A stretch of DNA of 64,000 nucleotides from a virus (lineage: Duplodnaviria > Heunggongvirae > Uroviricota > Caudoviricetes): the IMG/VR virus record IMGVR_UViG_2939521961_000009; one strand, given 5' to 3'. Below are positions 1 through 8,979 of this stretch, piece by piece (position 1 is the first letter of the stretch; every line of letters starts with the position of its first letter). The notes under the pieces were generated by a model. The model saw only the letters and a program-made list of their open reading frames with translations, did not search any database and had not been told where the DNA came from. The translations under genes and the position numbers were made by a program.

Positions 1-1201
1 TCCAGTTGCCATCTCCCCGTGATTCCGCACCATAATACCCGGCAGAAGCGATATCCGGGTCGTGCTCCGGCAGGTTGGTCGCGGTTTTATTACCGAACTC
101 ATCGTGCATCAGTGGAACAAAGTGAATGTTCTCGGAAGCCCGGTTTTTATATCCGCTATAAATGGTTTCATATGCCGCCGGGTTCTTCTCTTTCCAGTCA
201 TAGGTTGTGTCACCACATAACCACGGCACACTGTCTGATGAACCACCAATACACTGACCGGAGAAAGCACCAAGATCCGCACGGAATTTTTTCACCATCG
301 CAGTAAACTGGGCACCATGCTGGGCCGGGGTCGCTTTAAGGTCTCCTTCCCCCTGAATCCATACGACAGATAACAGCACATTCTTTGGATTCGCCTCAAG
401 TGCCGCTTTAGTTCGACTGACAAGATCCTGATACAGTGGGGTATCCACTCCCCAGCGTAGTGACGCCTCGGCTGCACCACTTGCCGGATCGAATGAGCCA
501 ACTGCGCCGGTTGTAAAAGCAGAGCCGCCACGGGCACAGGGAACCAGTAAAATCCCGGCATCAGCAGGAATCACCGGTAATACTTTTTTCGCAATATGAA
601 GTCCCTGCCCCACACAACCATACTGCCCTTTTTTCAGGTCTGCTTTTGGATGGTTCAGCAGACTCATATTCTGAACATCATGAAGGCAGTGATCTGCTGG
701 AATGATTTCATTGTATTTGCAGGGAATACCTCCGGGGGTTTGTGTATTCCTGCGTGCCAGCTGCATAATACGTGGATCAGGACGATCATAAGAATCCGGA
801 AGGGGCAACCCTTCACCATAAGATGAAGCATTGGACTGGCCGGCTATAACAATCACGTAATACCAGGAAGGGGAGCTGGAAGCAGTTTCATTTCCTGACG
901 GACGGGTATGTGTTTCAGCATTATCCCAGTCTGACGGTTCAGCAGTACCGGCAACATCAGCACTTAACGGAATGACCGCACCAATACCCGCTCCGGTAAT
1001 TTCCACACTCGGATCACCGGATACTGGCCTTACCCACAGGCAATCCCGTGTATTAAAACTGATGAGACAGTCAGCAAATGTCATTCCTCCTTTTGTTTCG
1101 GCCGGAGGAAAGGGAGCCTCAAGAAATGCCGCTGTACCACCGGAAACTTTAACAGTAAAGTTTCCGGGCATTGATGATAGTTGAACCCATTTGGACGTCA
1201 T
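1..1201 (-). CDS. SASA/DUF303-family sialate O-acetylesterase-like protein (NanS-p-like), N-terminal ~400 aa; continues beyond window start
   Basis: Manual translation from ATG at 1201 (MTSKWVQLSSMPGNFTVKV...) stays open to position 1; absent from ORF track because no stop in window; contains VIVIAGQSNASSYGEG resembling the GQSN catalytic block of SASA esterases. Confidence 0.5.
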   Translation of the reverse strand, partial: MTSKWVQLSSMPGNFTVKVSGGTAAFLEAPFPPAETKGGMTFADCLISFNTRDCLWVRPVSGDPSVEITGAGIGAVIPLSADVAGTAEPSDWDNAETHTRPSGNETASSSPSWYYVIVIAGQSNASSYGEGLPLPDSYDRPDPRIMQLARRNTQTPGGIPCKYNEIIPADHCLHDVQNMSLLNHPKADLKKGQYGCVGQGLHIAKKVLPVIPADAGILLVPCARGGSAFTTGAVGSFDPASGAAEASLRWGVDTPLYQDLVSRTKAALEANPKNVLLSVVWIQGEGDLKATPAQHGAQFTAMVKKFRADLGAFSGQCIGGSSDSVPWLCGDTTYDWKEKNPAAYETIYSGYKNRASENIHFVPLMHDEFGNKTATNLPEHDPDIASAGYYGAESRGDGNW

Positions 1202-1300
1202 AATAATCAGCCTGTTCCTGAATAAACTGAATTATCATATCCACAGACCGATAAACGCCATTTTGCGTTAATTCAGTAAAGGCCCAACAAAGAGAGCGTC

Positions 1301-1861
1301 TTATTTTTCCGAAACGCTCGCAGGATAATAACGATAAAGGGTTGAAAGACCGATATCAAAAATAAGTGCCACCTGTCTTCGACTGACACCCCCGGCCAGT
1401 AAACGCCCGACCTGCTCGTATTGTTCCTGCGTGAGACGGCGGGGTCTGCCGCCGGTTCGTCCCCTTTCACGGGCAGCTGCAAGACCAGCCCGTGTCCGTT
1501 CGACAATTAATTCACGCTCCATTTCTGCCAGCGCACCCATTATGTGAAAAAAGAAACGCCCCATGGGGGTTGACGTATCAATGTTGTCAGTAAGACTACG
1601 AAAATTTATCCCCTGTTGCTGTAATTCATCTGTCAGCGCAACAAGGTGGCGCATACTGCGCCCCAGCCTGTCCAGTTTCCAGACCATCAGTGTGTCACCG
1701 GGTTTTAGTTTCTTCAGTGCCCGCTTCAGTCCCGGCCGCTGTGTCGTTTTACCACTCATTTTGTCTTCAAAAATCTGCTCACATCCTGCACATTCCAGCG
1801 CATTTCTTTGTAAACCGGTGTTCTGGTCATTTGTTGATACGCGTATATAGCCAATCAGCAT
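1301..1861 (-). CDS. pin: DNA invertase, Pin/Gin/Hin-family serine recombinase
   Basis: 186 aa, MLIGYIRVSTNDQNTGLQRNAL... with catalytic Ser motif and C-terminal HTH; near-identical in pattern to e14 Pin / Mu Gin as recalled. Confidence 0.9.
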   Translation of the reverse strand: MLIGYIRVSTNDQNTGLQRNALECAGCEQIFEDKMSGKTTQRPGLKRALKKLKPGDTLMVWKLDRLGRSMRHLVALTDELQQQGINFRSLTDNIDTSTPMGRFFFHIMGALAEMERELIVERTRAGLAAARERGRTGGRPRRLTQEQYEQVGRLLAGGVSRRQVALIFDIGLSTLYRYYPASVSEK

Positions 1862-1916
1862 GTATTTACCTTCCTTAAAAAGAGGTGAAAATGCCTTTTA
1901 AAACAGATATACGGTA

Positions 1917-1942
1917 TCCCTGAAAACCTCGGTTTACGGGAA
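1917..1942. other. gix/pix-like recombination crossover site (left)
   Basis: Reverse complement reads TTCCCGTAAACC GA GGTTTTCAGGGA, closely matching the Mu gix site as recalled (TTCCTGTAAACC GA GGTTTTGGATAA). Confidence 0.6.
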
Positions 1943-2083
1943 ACGGTAAATAAGGCGGCGAATGCCCTGCCATCGAACGGAACGGCTGTTGCAGCGAATA
2001 AACTCGCCACTCCAAGAAATATTAATGGTGTCCCATTTGACGGAACGCAGGATATAAATATTACATCGGGGATGACGCAGTCT
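1931..2083. repeat. Inverted repeat, left copy (~155 bp) of invertible segment
   Basis: Plus-strand 1931-2083 is near-identical to reverse complement of 3152-3304 (e.g. shared GGTTTACGGGAAACGGTAAATAAGGC). Confidence 0.8.
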
Positions 2084-2287
2084 GTGGCTGACTCACGTTA
2101 TGTTCAAAGCATTCGAAGAGGTTCAAGGTCAACGATTGGAATGCAATATAATATTTTTGAAGTTCCTGACGGATGCGTACTTACAGGGCTTGATGTCGCT
2201 GGTGATGGTAATGCAACGGTAACCGCATATTATCGACCTGTTCAGTTTCTGATAGATGGTTCGTGGAAAACAGCTTCCAGCGCATAA
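1931..2287 (+). CDS. Alternative tail-fibre C-terminal segment (S'v-like), no own start, silent in current orientation
   Basis: Open frame through the left repeat into unique sequence ...SVADSRYVQSIRRG...YYRPVQFLIDGSWKTASSA; parallels the expressed fibre tip. Confidence 0.55.
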   Translation, partial: GLRETVNKAANALPSNGTAVAANKLATPRNINGVPFDGTQDINITSGMTQSVADSRYVQSIRRGSRSTIGMQYNIFEVPDGCVLTGLDVAGDGNATVTAYYRPVQFLIDGSWKTASSA

Positions 2288-2366
2288 AAGTGCAGTAGTT
2301 CAAAAAACAGATTATCTGAATAAATATATGATGATTTTGTCTTTTCAACAAAAACAAGGTGAAATA

Positions 2367-2888
2367 ATGGAGCTTATTAACGTAAAACGATATTACCCGG
2401 AACACAAACCCTATGGTGAGGATGTTCAGTATTTCCAGAGTGAGGACGGAAGGGATTTTTATGAATCTATCCCGCTTTTCACAAAGAAATACAAACTCTG
2501 TATTTCGCCTGTAACGGGTATTATCTGCTCTGTTGCTGAAGATGTCTCTGCTTTATATCCGGCAGGTTTTACTGTTGTTGAAGTGGACGAACTGCCGGAA
2601 GGTGTGAATATTGACGGTAACTGGCAGTTTTCTGATGGCCTGATATCAAAGGTGCCGGTAAACTGGAAGACGGTTGCTGAAAAGCGTCGCTCATCGCTGC
2701 TCCAGGAAGCCAACGAAACCGTGGATGACTGGAAAACAGAATTAAAACTGGACATGATTAGCGATGAAAATAAATTACAGCTGACGCGCTGGATGGCGTA
2801 TATCCGACAGCTTAAAGAAATGCACTTTAATGATATTGCCAGTGAGGGGCATTACCAGGCGATTCCCTGGCCGGAAAAACCGGAATAA
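2367..2888 (+). CDS. Tail fibre assembly protein (Tfa/U-like), in the currently inverted (non-expressed) orientation
   Basis: MELINVKRYYPEHKPYGEDVQYF... typical Tfa N-terminus; AAGGTGA Shine-Dalgarno 5 nt upstream of ATG at 2367; ORF track lists a longer 2256 start. Confidence 0.8.
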   Translation: MELINVKRYYPEHKPYGEDVQYFQSEDGRDFYESIPLFTKKYKLCISPVTGIICSVAEDVSALYPAGFTVVEVDELPEGVNIDGNWQFSDGLISKVPVNWKTVAEKRRSSLLQEANETVDDWKTELKLDMISDENKLQLTRWMAYIRQLKEMHFNDIASEGHYQAIPWPEKPE

Positions 2889-2922
2889 TTCAGAGGGTGC
2901 ATTCAGCACCCTTTTCTGTGGT

Positions 2923-3834
2923 TTACACTGAACTTACCGTTCTCCAGGCATTATTAATATAAATCTGAACCGGGCGATAATAGACCCCACCGATATTGTC
3001 CGCAGACCGGGAGCCGGTTTCCTGCACGTTAATACCGGAAAGCATACAACCGGAAGGTGCGCTGTAATTCCATGATATTTCATTGCCTCCGGGTGAATGA
3101 TAGCTCTGTGCTCCAAGCTGAACATTCTGTACATACCGGCCATCTGCGGTTGACTGCGTCATTCCTGACGTGATGTTGATATCCTGCGTTCCGTCAAAAG
3201 GAACGCCATTAATATTTCTTGGGGTGGCGAGTCTGTTTGCTGCCACGGCGGTTCCACCCGATGGCAGGGCATCAGCAGCCTTATTTACCGTTTCCCGTAA
3301 ACCGACGTTATCGATAAAAGCGCCTTTATCCGGAATGTCTGCGCCGTTCTGCTCCCTGCGCAGGTAACGGTTATCACCTTCGCTTTTGCTGTAAACATCC
3401 AGATTATTACGGGCGGTTCCCGCATTCTCCAGGTCGGCAAGGTTCTGATCCTTCGCCAGAGCATTAACGTCACCGGGACCAAGACTGTTTTTTGTGGCAA
3501 GCGCCCCAAGACCAAGATAACCACGGGCAAGACGCTGGGCTTCCGCACCGGCATCAGCAATTTCTTTCAGGTTGTTTTTCCGGGAAAAGGCATTCGCAGC
3601 GATAATGGCTTTAATGGACAGCGTAAGCTGGTTTAACTGCGCCTTATCCGGCTGAATACTGGCTTCAGCCAGAATATTCAGCAGTTCGGCCTGGAGAATA
3701 TTCAGCCAGTCCTGACCAATCCAGCTGATACCTTTTTGTCCGTCACCTTCGGTAAACCAGGTGGTGGTATTACTCTGCGCCGGTGCCAGCGCAGGCATAT
3801 TCGCCACGCCGGAATTATTATCAACATGAAACAT
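2923..3834 (-). CDS. Tail fibre protein (Mu S-like); constant N-terminus fused to the currently expressed variable tip
   Basis: 303 aa; C-terminus crosses the gix site and right inverted repeat; start overlaps stop of upstream gene at 3834. Confidence 0.8.
   Translation of the reverse strand: MFHVDNNSGVANMPALAPAQSNTTTWFTEGDGQKGISWIGQDWLNILQAELLNILAEASIQPDKAQLNQLTLSIKAIIAANAFSRKNNLKEIADAGAEAQRLARGYLGLGALATKNSLGPGDVNALAKDQNLADLENAGTARNNLDVYSKSEGDNRYLRREQNGADIPDKGAFIDNVGLRETVNKAADALPSGGTAVAANRLATPRNINGVPFDGTQDINITSGMTQSTADGRYVQNVQLGAQSYHSPGGNEISWNYSAPSGCMLSGINVQETGSRSADNIGGVYYRPVQIYINNAWRTVSSV
3152..3304. repeat. Inverted repeat, right copy of invertible segment
   Basis: Reverse complement matches 1931-2083; encodes the conserved ...ATPRNINGVPFDGTQDINITSGMTQ stretch in both tail-fibre variants. 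Confidence 0.8.
3292..3317. other. gix/pix-like recombination crossover site (right)
   Basis: TTCCCGTAAACC GA CGTTATCGATAA on plus strand; shares the 12-bp half-site with the left site in inverted orientation. Confidence 0.6.
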
Positions 3835-4394
3835 TAAATAGTCTCCTCTTCATGGCTGTTTGCATACACGTAAATAAACGTCTGCCATGCAGGCTTATAA
3901 CGGTTCAGAATACATTCCAGCGCACCGCCTTCATAAATACGCAGCGGCGTGAGAATATCATCCAGCACATTCATATTCCGGTAGCCGGTTTCACTGTTAA
4001 TCGTGACAATACTGACCCACTGTGAATCCGGTGATGGCTGAATATCTATTTCATAACCAAACTCTGCCGCAAACCGGATATAAAATTCACGGTTAAGAGA
4101 GGGTTTCATCCGGTATTTATTCCCGGCATAACGCTGACGCTCCTGAATGGTTGCGCCGGTCATATCACATTCCGGTAACCCCAGATAACGCTCCCAGTCT
4201 TCCAGCAGCAGACGGGATGAATCAGGAAAACGTTCTGCCAGCATCTGGTTACCGGTCCAGGAAACACGCTCCGTGGAATGACTGAGGCCCAGGCACAAAG
4301 CCGCAAGAACGGATGACGGCCGCTTATCCCATGCCAGCCCGTCAGGCAGCAACTGCAACAGGGCACGCTGATGCGGGGTCAGGGTTACAGCCAT
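3834..4394 (-). CDS. Tail protein, Mu gp48-like (DUF2313 / YmfQ-like)
   Basis: 186 aa; position between baseplate J-like gene and tail fibre; family resemblance from memory. Confidence 0.7.
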   Translation of the reverse strand: MAVTLTPHQRALLQLLPDGLAWDKRPSSVLAALCLGLSHSTERVSWTGNQMLAERFPDSSRLLLEDWERYLGLPECDMTGATIQERQRYAGNKYRMKPSLNREFYIRFAAEFGYEIDIQPSPDSQWVSIVTINSETGYRNMNVLDDILTPLRIYEGGALECILNRYKPAWQTFIYVYANSHEEETI

Positions 4395-5470
4395 GTGATT
4401 TCCCCCACGGTCAGCAACTCTGTATCTCCGGCCATCACGGACTTCAGCGGGCTGCGAACTTCAAAATCCTCCAGTCCTTTCACCCCTGCAACAGCCCGCC
4501 AGAATGATGAAGGCAATACAAGTCCACCCGGCCGCGATTCGTTATAAAGCAGGTCCGTTAATGCCTGTTTTACGGCAGCCTGATTTTCCGGCGTTTTGGG
4601 TACAATCCTGATCTCAAACGCCACCGGCTTATTGGTCAGCTTAAACACGCTGATTGTCGGCCCAAGTGGCTGACCAACGGGCTGGCCCGTCGCCGGATCA
4701 TCATGACTGCGGATATAATCCGCCACCCGCTTCACATCACCTTCTCCGGGGAAAATGTCAGGGTTATTATCCTGAACAAAAGTCACACCAACACTACCCG
4801 CCTCAGGCCATTCAGGCTTACACCATGCCCGCGTCACGCCCGGTACTTCCCGTGCCCAGCGTTCAAAATCATACTGTGTTCCCCCTGATGGCGGGTTCTG
4901 TACCCGGAATACCAGCCTGGACAGCAACTCCGGCACCGTTTCCACATCCGCACCACCGGTGAGTCCCGTGCCGGTGACCGTGGCTGTCTGGTTGATGCCC
5001 GCCTGTGGCGTGATAAAGGACAGGCGGGTTCCGGTCGGGGTATTTCCAGCGCGCCCCGCACTTTCCGCCTCCACATTAACATTCAGTGTTCCGGCTTTTC
5101 CGGTCGCAGAGCCGGTGATGCGGTACACAACACCATCGCTTCGCTGAAGGAGTACGCCTTCCGTGATCCCTGCATCCGTGGTCAGCATCAGTTGTACCGG
5201 TCCGTCAGCGCGGGAAGCCGGTTTACGGATGACACCCCAGAATGCGCAGTGTTTCAGGAGTTCGGCTTCATCAGCTTCTGTCGGAATTATCTGCCGGGAG
5301 ATCCAGGCCAGATGTTCATGCTCCTGTGCTGACAGACCCGCCAGTGCATACGCAATGGCATTCAGGGTGGTTTCATTCACGCCCGGCTGCGAACCGGGCA
5401 GGCGCTGGCTGATATCCTGTTGTGTCTGTGTGATCAGTTGCGCCAGTGGTAAGGGCTGATAAGGCATCAT
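4385..5470 (-). CDS. Baseplate J-like protein (Mu gp47-like)
   Basis: 361 aa; synteny in Mu-type baseplate cluster. Confidence 0.8.
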   Translation of the reverse strand: MMPYQPLPLAQLITQTQQDISQRLPGSQPGVNETTLNAIAYALAGLSAQEHEHLAWISRQIIPTEADEAELLKHCAFWGVIRKPASRADGPVQLMLTTDAGITEGVLLQRSDGVVYRITGSATGKAGTLNVNVEAESAGRAGNTPTGTRLSFITPQAGINQTATVTGTGLTGGADVETVPELLSRLVFRVQNPPSGGTQYDFERWAREVPGVTRAWCKPEWPEAGSVGVTFVQDNNPDIFPGEGDVKRVADYIRSHDDPATGQPVGQPLGPTISVFKLTNKPVAFEIRIVPKTPENQAAVKQALTDLLYNESRPGGLVLPSSFWRAVAGVKGLEDFEVRSPLKSVMAGDTELLTVGEITWL

Positions 5471-5904
5471 TCCCCCTTCATATCAGCATAAAAAATCATC
5501 GGATGTCTGCTTCCGTCCGGCAGGGTGATTTTCACGGAAAGCGAAAGGCGAGCATGCCCCACACGCATGGCATGGCATACCACGGATGTGGCAGCACCGC
5601 TTTTATGCAGCCACGCCAGCGCTTCATCAGCATAGGCCTGTGCACGGCTGACCACGGAGGACAGCGTCTTTTCACGGCTTAACAGCCAGAGACGGGAGCC
5701 AACGGGGCGCTCCCGGAAACTGTCTCCCCACCATCCCCGACGGTCACGGGTGCCGTCAGGGATTTCATCGGAATCCAGCGCCCGCCTGTCCGTAAACAGT
5801 GAAATAATGACCGCAGTCAGCAGGCTGTTATCCGTCAGAAGATCTGCGCCGTTCAGTTGCAGGGAACCGCAACCCTGATCCCAGACGACAGCAATATCAG
5901 CCAT
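5467..5904 (-). CDS. Baseplate protein, Mu gp46-like
   Basis: Start placed at MADIAVVWDQ (ATG 5904) to avoid 220-bp overlap with upstream gene; ORF track start 6117 probably spurious. Confidence 0.7.
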   Translation of the reverse strand: MADIAVVWDQGCGSLQLNGADLLTDNSLLTAVIISLFTDRRALDSDEIPDGTRDRRGWWGDSFRERPVGSRLWLLSREKTLSSVVSRAQAYADEALAWLHKSGAATSVVCHAMRVGHARLSLSVKITLPDGSRHPMIFYADMKGE

Positions 5905-6511
5905 TCTCTGGTCCTCCCGTTTTGCTGCCTTCACCGTTATCGTGATGCACATGACCTGAATAGGTGATCCCGGCAATAACCGCTTCGGACATCGTGAACG
6001 TCCCCTGTGATCTTCCGGTGCCGTCAATGGACACATTGCCTTTGACATGCAGGTTCTTATCCACTGTGACATTACCGGTAAAGTGAGCCTCCGGTGTATC
6101 CACCTGAACACCTTCATCGGCGTAAATCTCCAGCGTCTTACAGGTCACAATGATCCGGCCGTTCTTTGTCAGACGTATACGGTGCCCCTCATGGTGATAC
6201 ACGCCGGTATCTCCGGCGGTAAGTCCGGTCGGGCGACTGCGGCGGTCTTCCACCACAAGCACCACGGCCTGATCCCGTTGTCCGCCAGCACAGGCCAGAA
6301 AAACTTCCGCACCAGGCAGGGGGACGCTGATTTGCCCGTACTGCTGGGGGCGTTCAACGTCATCAAAGGTTTCACCATCCATACCGGTGATTTGCACATT
6401 CTGGATTTTCAGCGTGTCCGTTGTGCCGGTCAGTACACCACGCCCGAACAGCAGACGAACACCCCGCATTACGGGGGCCAGAAGGCGGCTGATGACTTCG
6501 TCATTCATCAT
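5897..6511 (-). CDS. Baseplate assembly/spike protein (gpV-like, Mu gp45-like)
   Basis: 204 aa; synteny and size. Confidence 0.75.
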   Translation of the reverse strand: MMNDEVISRLLAPVMRGVRLLFGRGVLTGTTDTLKIQNVQITGMDGETFDDVERPQQYGQISVPLPGAEVFLACAGGQRDQAVVLVVEDRRSRPTGLTAGDTGVYHHEGHRIRLTKNGRIIVTCKTLEIYADEGVQVDTPEAHFTGNVTVDKNLHVKGNVSIDGTGRSQGTFTMSEAVIAGITYSGHVHHDNGEGSKTGGPENG

Positions 6512-7625
6512 TGAATTTAATCCCCTGTTTTTTCATCTGTGCCCGCACGAAGGCGTCCACGTCACCCGCATTTCCGCTTCCGCTGTTTCCCGGCTCTGCC
6601 GGAACAATAAAGCCGTCACGGGGTGCCAGAATCAGACGGGTGGTTTCGCCGTGATTTGCATCCAGCGAAAACTCCACCTGACAGACAAGAAGATCACGCT
6701 CTTCCACTCCGGTGCGGGGAGCCGTGACAGCCGTCAGCAGGTTGATATCCCACAACTGGCCGTTCTCCCGAAACCAGTGCCGCACGGTGGCTGTCAGGCG
6801 CACAGAGCGGGCAACCGCCCGGCGCATTTCCCGGACAGCCCTCTGGCGTGCACCGTCTGCATCAACAGCATGATCCGCCAGCACAATTTTCGGTCTGTAA
6901 CGGTGGATGGCACTGTCTGTCACCGTACCAACGGGTGCGGCCAGCGTTCCGGCTGTCAGTGCATCCCCGGCATGACCACCACCACGCCCGTGCCCCCGTA
7001 CACGGTATTCACTGTGGCGCAGACGGTGATCCACGTTGTGATCCAAATCCAGCAGATTTTCGCCCAGCGTCAGCGTGTCGCCACGCTGACTGCCGGCCTG
7101 AGTGAAAACCAGTTCACCGGCGGCATTACTGGTTACCAGGACGCCTCTGTGTCTCGCGGCCCGTGTCAGCGCATCTGCCACGGTTTCTGAGTTTTCCAGT
7201 GTGAAGGTGGAAAAGGGCCGGGCTGCCGTTGCATCATTTACCTGCCAGCGCACCGTGACCCCGAACGGAGCACACAAATCTGAAGCAATGTGCTCCAGCG
7301 TGCGGTTCCTCCACTGGCTGCCCGGATGAATGGCTGAACAGTCCACCAGGTCACCGGTTTTATCCCGTCCGCTGAGCGTGATCTGAAAACGCGTGGCGCT
7401 GATGCGCTGCCGGACCTGATCCAGCCAGCCAGTGATCACAGGCTGACCGTCAATGCGCAATTCCAGAGACTGACCGGCACGGACGGATGACGGAAGGCGT
7501 ACACCGGGCATCATTACCCCCAGTTCAAAGGAGCCCGCCAGATGTTCAAGAGAGCGACGAACACTCACCGTCAGCCAGCCGGAAAAAATCTCACCGCCCA
7601 GATACAGTTCAACCCTGCTGCTCAC
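6501..7625 (-). CDS. Baseplate hub / late control D-like protein (Mu gp44 P-like)
   Basis: 374 aa; synteny downstream of DNA circularisation protein. Confidence 0.75.
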   Translation of the reverse strand: MSSRVELYLGGEIFSGWLTVSVRRSLEHLAGSFELGVMMPGVRLPSSVRAGQSLELRIDGQPVITGWLDQVRQRISATRFQITLSGRDKTGDLVDCSAIHPGSQWRNRTLEHIASDLCAPFGVTVRWQVNDATAARPFSTFTLENSETVADALTRAARHRGVLVTSNAAGELVFTQAGSQRGDTLTLGENLLDLDHNVDHRLRHSEYRVRGHGRGGGHAGDALTAGTLAAPVGTVTDSAIHRYRPKIVLADHAVDADGARQRAVREMRRAVARSVRLTATVRHWFRENGQLWDINLLTAVTAPRTGVEERDLLVCQVEFSLDANHGETTRLILAPRDGFIVPAEPGNSGSGNAGDVDAFVRAQMKKQGIKFNDE

Positions 7626-8979
7626 TAATCACCTCCACTGAATGGCCTCCGGGAATGAACAGCGGATCAACAATACCGTTACGGCGCACAAAACGTTGCC
7701 AGCCGGTACTGTTCCCGGTGGCACGGTACAGGGTCACCAGTGCAGGCTCGGTGGTACGTACAGTCACTACTGTTGCACCGGGTAGCTGAACTCCCCGTGT
7801 ATTCAGATCCTCTGTCAGTGCCAGTCTGGCATCACGAAGCGTCAGCGCCGTGGCGGTATACCCCTGCCCGGACAGTGTCATCACCTGCCGTTCGAGCGCT
7901 TCGCTTAAGTCACGGTTAATGCGCTGAAGATCAACTGAACTTTCCAGCCAGACAGGCCAGGTACGGTGGGCTGCGTCACTGTCCGGCAGGGTTTCCTGAC
8001 TGAGAACCTGATCCAGCAGTTTTCCCACGGTCTGTGCCTGGGCCACCACGGCAGCACTCTGCATTACCGCCCGTATCAGACGAATATTCTTTTGTGCTGC
8101 CGGTGTCAGACCGATGAGAGTCTGCGGATTATCCTGCTCATCCAGCACGTAACGCAGGGAAGATAATGTCCTGTACAGTTGCGGCATTCCCTGAGAGACG
8201 GCGGATGTCGTCCGGCCGATACTGCCACCGGGCCGGGTATTCAGGCCTCCTGAAGACAGTGACGGCAGCGATGGCAGGGTGATCAGGGCACTGAAAAGCC
8301 CCGCAAAAGATGAGGCCATGCGGGAAGGTGCTGTCAGTAATGCCGTGGCATTCCCTTTCAGCGCCGTGAACGTGGCAGTAAAGGCACTGATATCCTGTAC
8401 AATCCCCATGCCGGAAACGGCATTTTCCAGGGCGGACACCTTATCGCTGATGGTTTCGGTCATTGCCTGGACATCGTGCATTCCGTCAGAAATCACCGTC
8501 CAGCCCGCTTCCAGGGTTTCAAAAACCTTCCCGAGCGCGGTGGTACTCTTCTGCTCCAGAATGGCGGCCGTGTCCTGTGTGACAGCAGGTGCGGTATCAT
8601 CACTTACCGGCGTGACATTAATGGTGAACTCAACCACGCCCTGTTCAGCAGCGTTATAACGACTTTCAAAGCTGTTTATCAGCACATTTAACGTGCCGTA
8701 ATCCGGGTGAAGCAGCTCCCCGGCACCGGGAGCACGAAGGGCATCACGCAGACGATTTCGCTGTGTCTGAACATCATCCCCCATCACAAGTACACTGAAC
8801 GTAAATTCAGCCAGTTTAGGTCCCAGATCGTCTGCACCACCGGTTTCCCGTAACGGATATTCCCGACGGACAATGTTTCGCCCGCCACGTTCGCGCTGCT
8901 CACGCCAGACGAGGAACGGCACACCACGGAACGCACCACGACCGTCACCAGAGGCCATAATTCCCTCCGTTCCAGACAT
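7609..8979 (-). CDS. DNA circularisation protein N-like (Mu gp43-like)
   Basis: 456 aa; immediately downstream of tape measure gene. Confidence 0.75.
   Translation of the reverse strand: MSGTEGIMASGDGRGAFRGVPFLVWREQRERGGRNIVRREYPLRETGGADDLGPKLAEFTFSVLVMGDDVQTQRNRLRDALRAPGAGELLHPDYGTLNVLINSFESRYNAAEQGVVEFTINVTPVSDDTAPAVTQDTAAILEQKSTTALGKVFETLEAGWTVISDGMHDVQAMTETISDKVSALENAVSGMGIVQDISAFTATFTALKGNATALLTAPSRMASSFAGLFSALITLPSLPSLSSGGLNTRPGGSIGRTTSAVSQGMPQLYRTLSSLRYVLDEQDNPQTLIGLTPAAQKNIRLIRAVMQSAAVVAQAQTVGKLLDQVLSQETLPDSDAAHRTWPVWLESSVDLQRINRDLSEALERQVMTLSGQGYTATALTLRDARLALTEDLNTRGVQLPGATVVTVRTTEPALVTLYRATGNSTGWQRFVRRNGIVDPLFIPGGHSVEVISEQQG

Larger units (their letters stand above)
1930..3305. 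other. Invertible tail-fibre host-range segment (G/P-segment-like)
   Basis: Bounded by the two gix-like sites with inverted repeats just inside; contains alternative fibre C-termini in opposite orientations; adjacent invertase gene. Confidence 0.75.

Noticed and set aside
1-1201. Esterase ORF as a second tail-fibre gene
   Set aside because: Lies downstream of the invertase and outside the invertible segment, and carries an esterase GQSN motif.
6387-7190. 267-aa plus-strand ORF
   Set aside because: Antisense to baseplate genes in a region densely coded on the minus strand.
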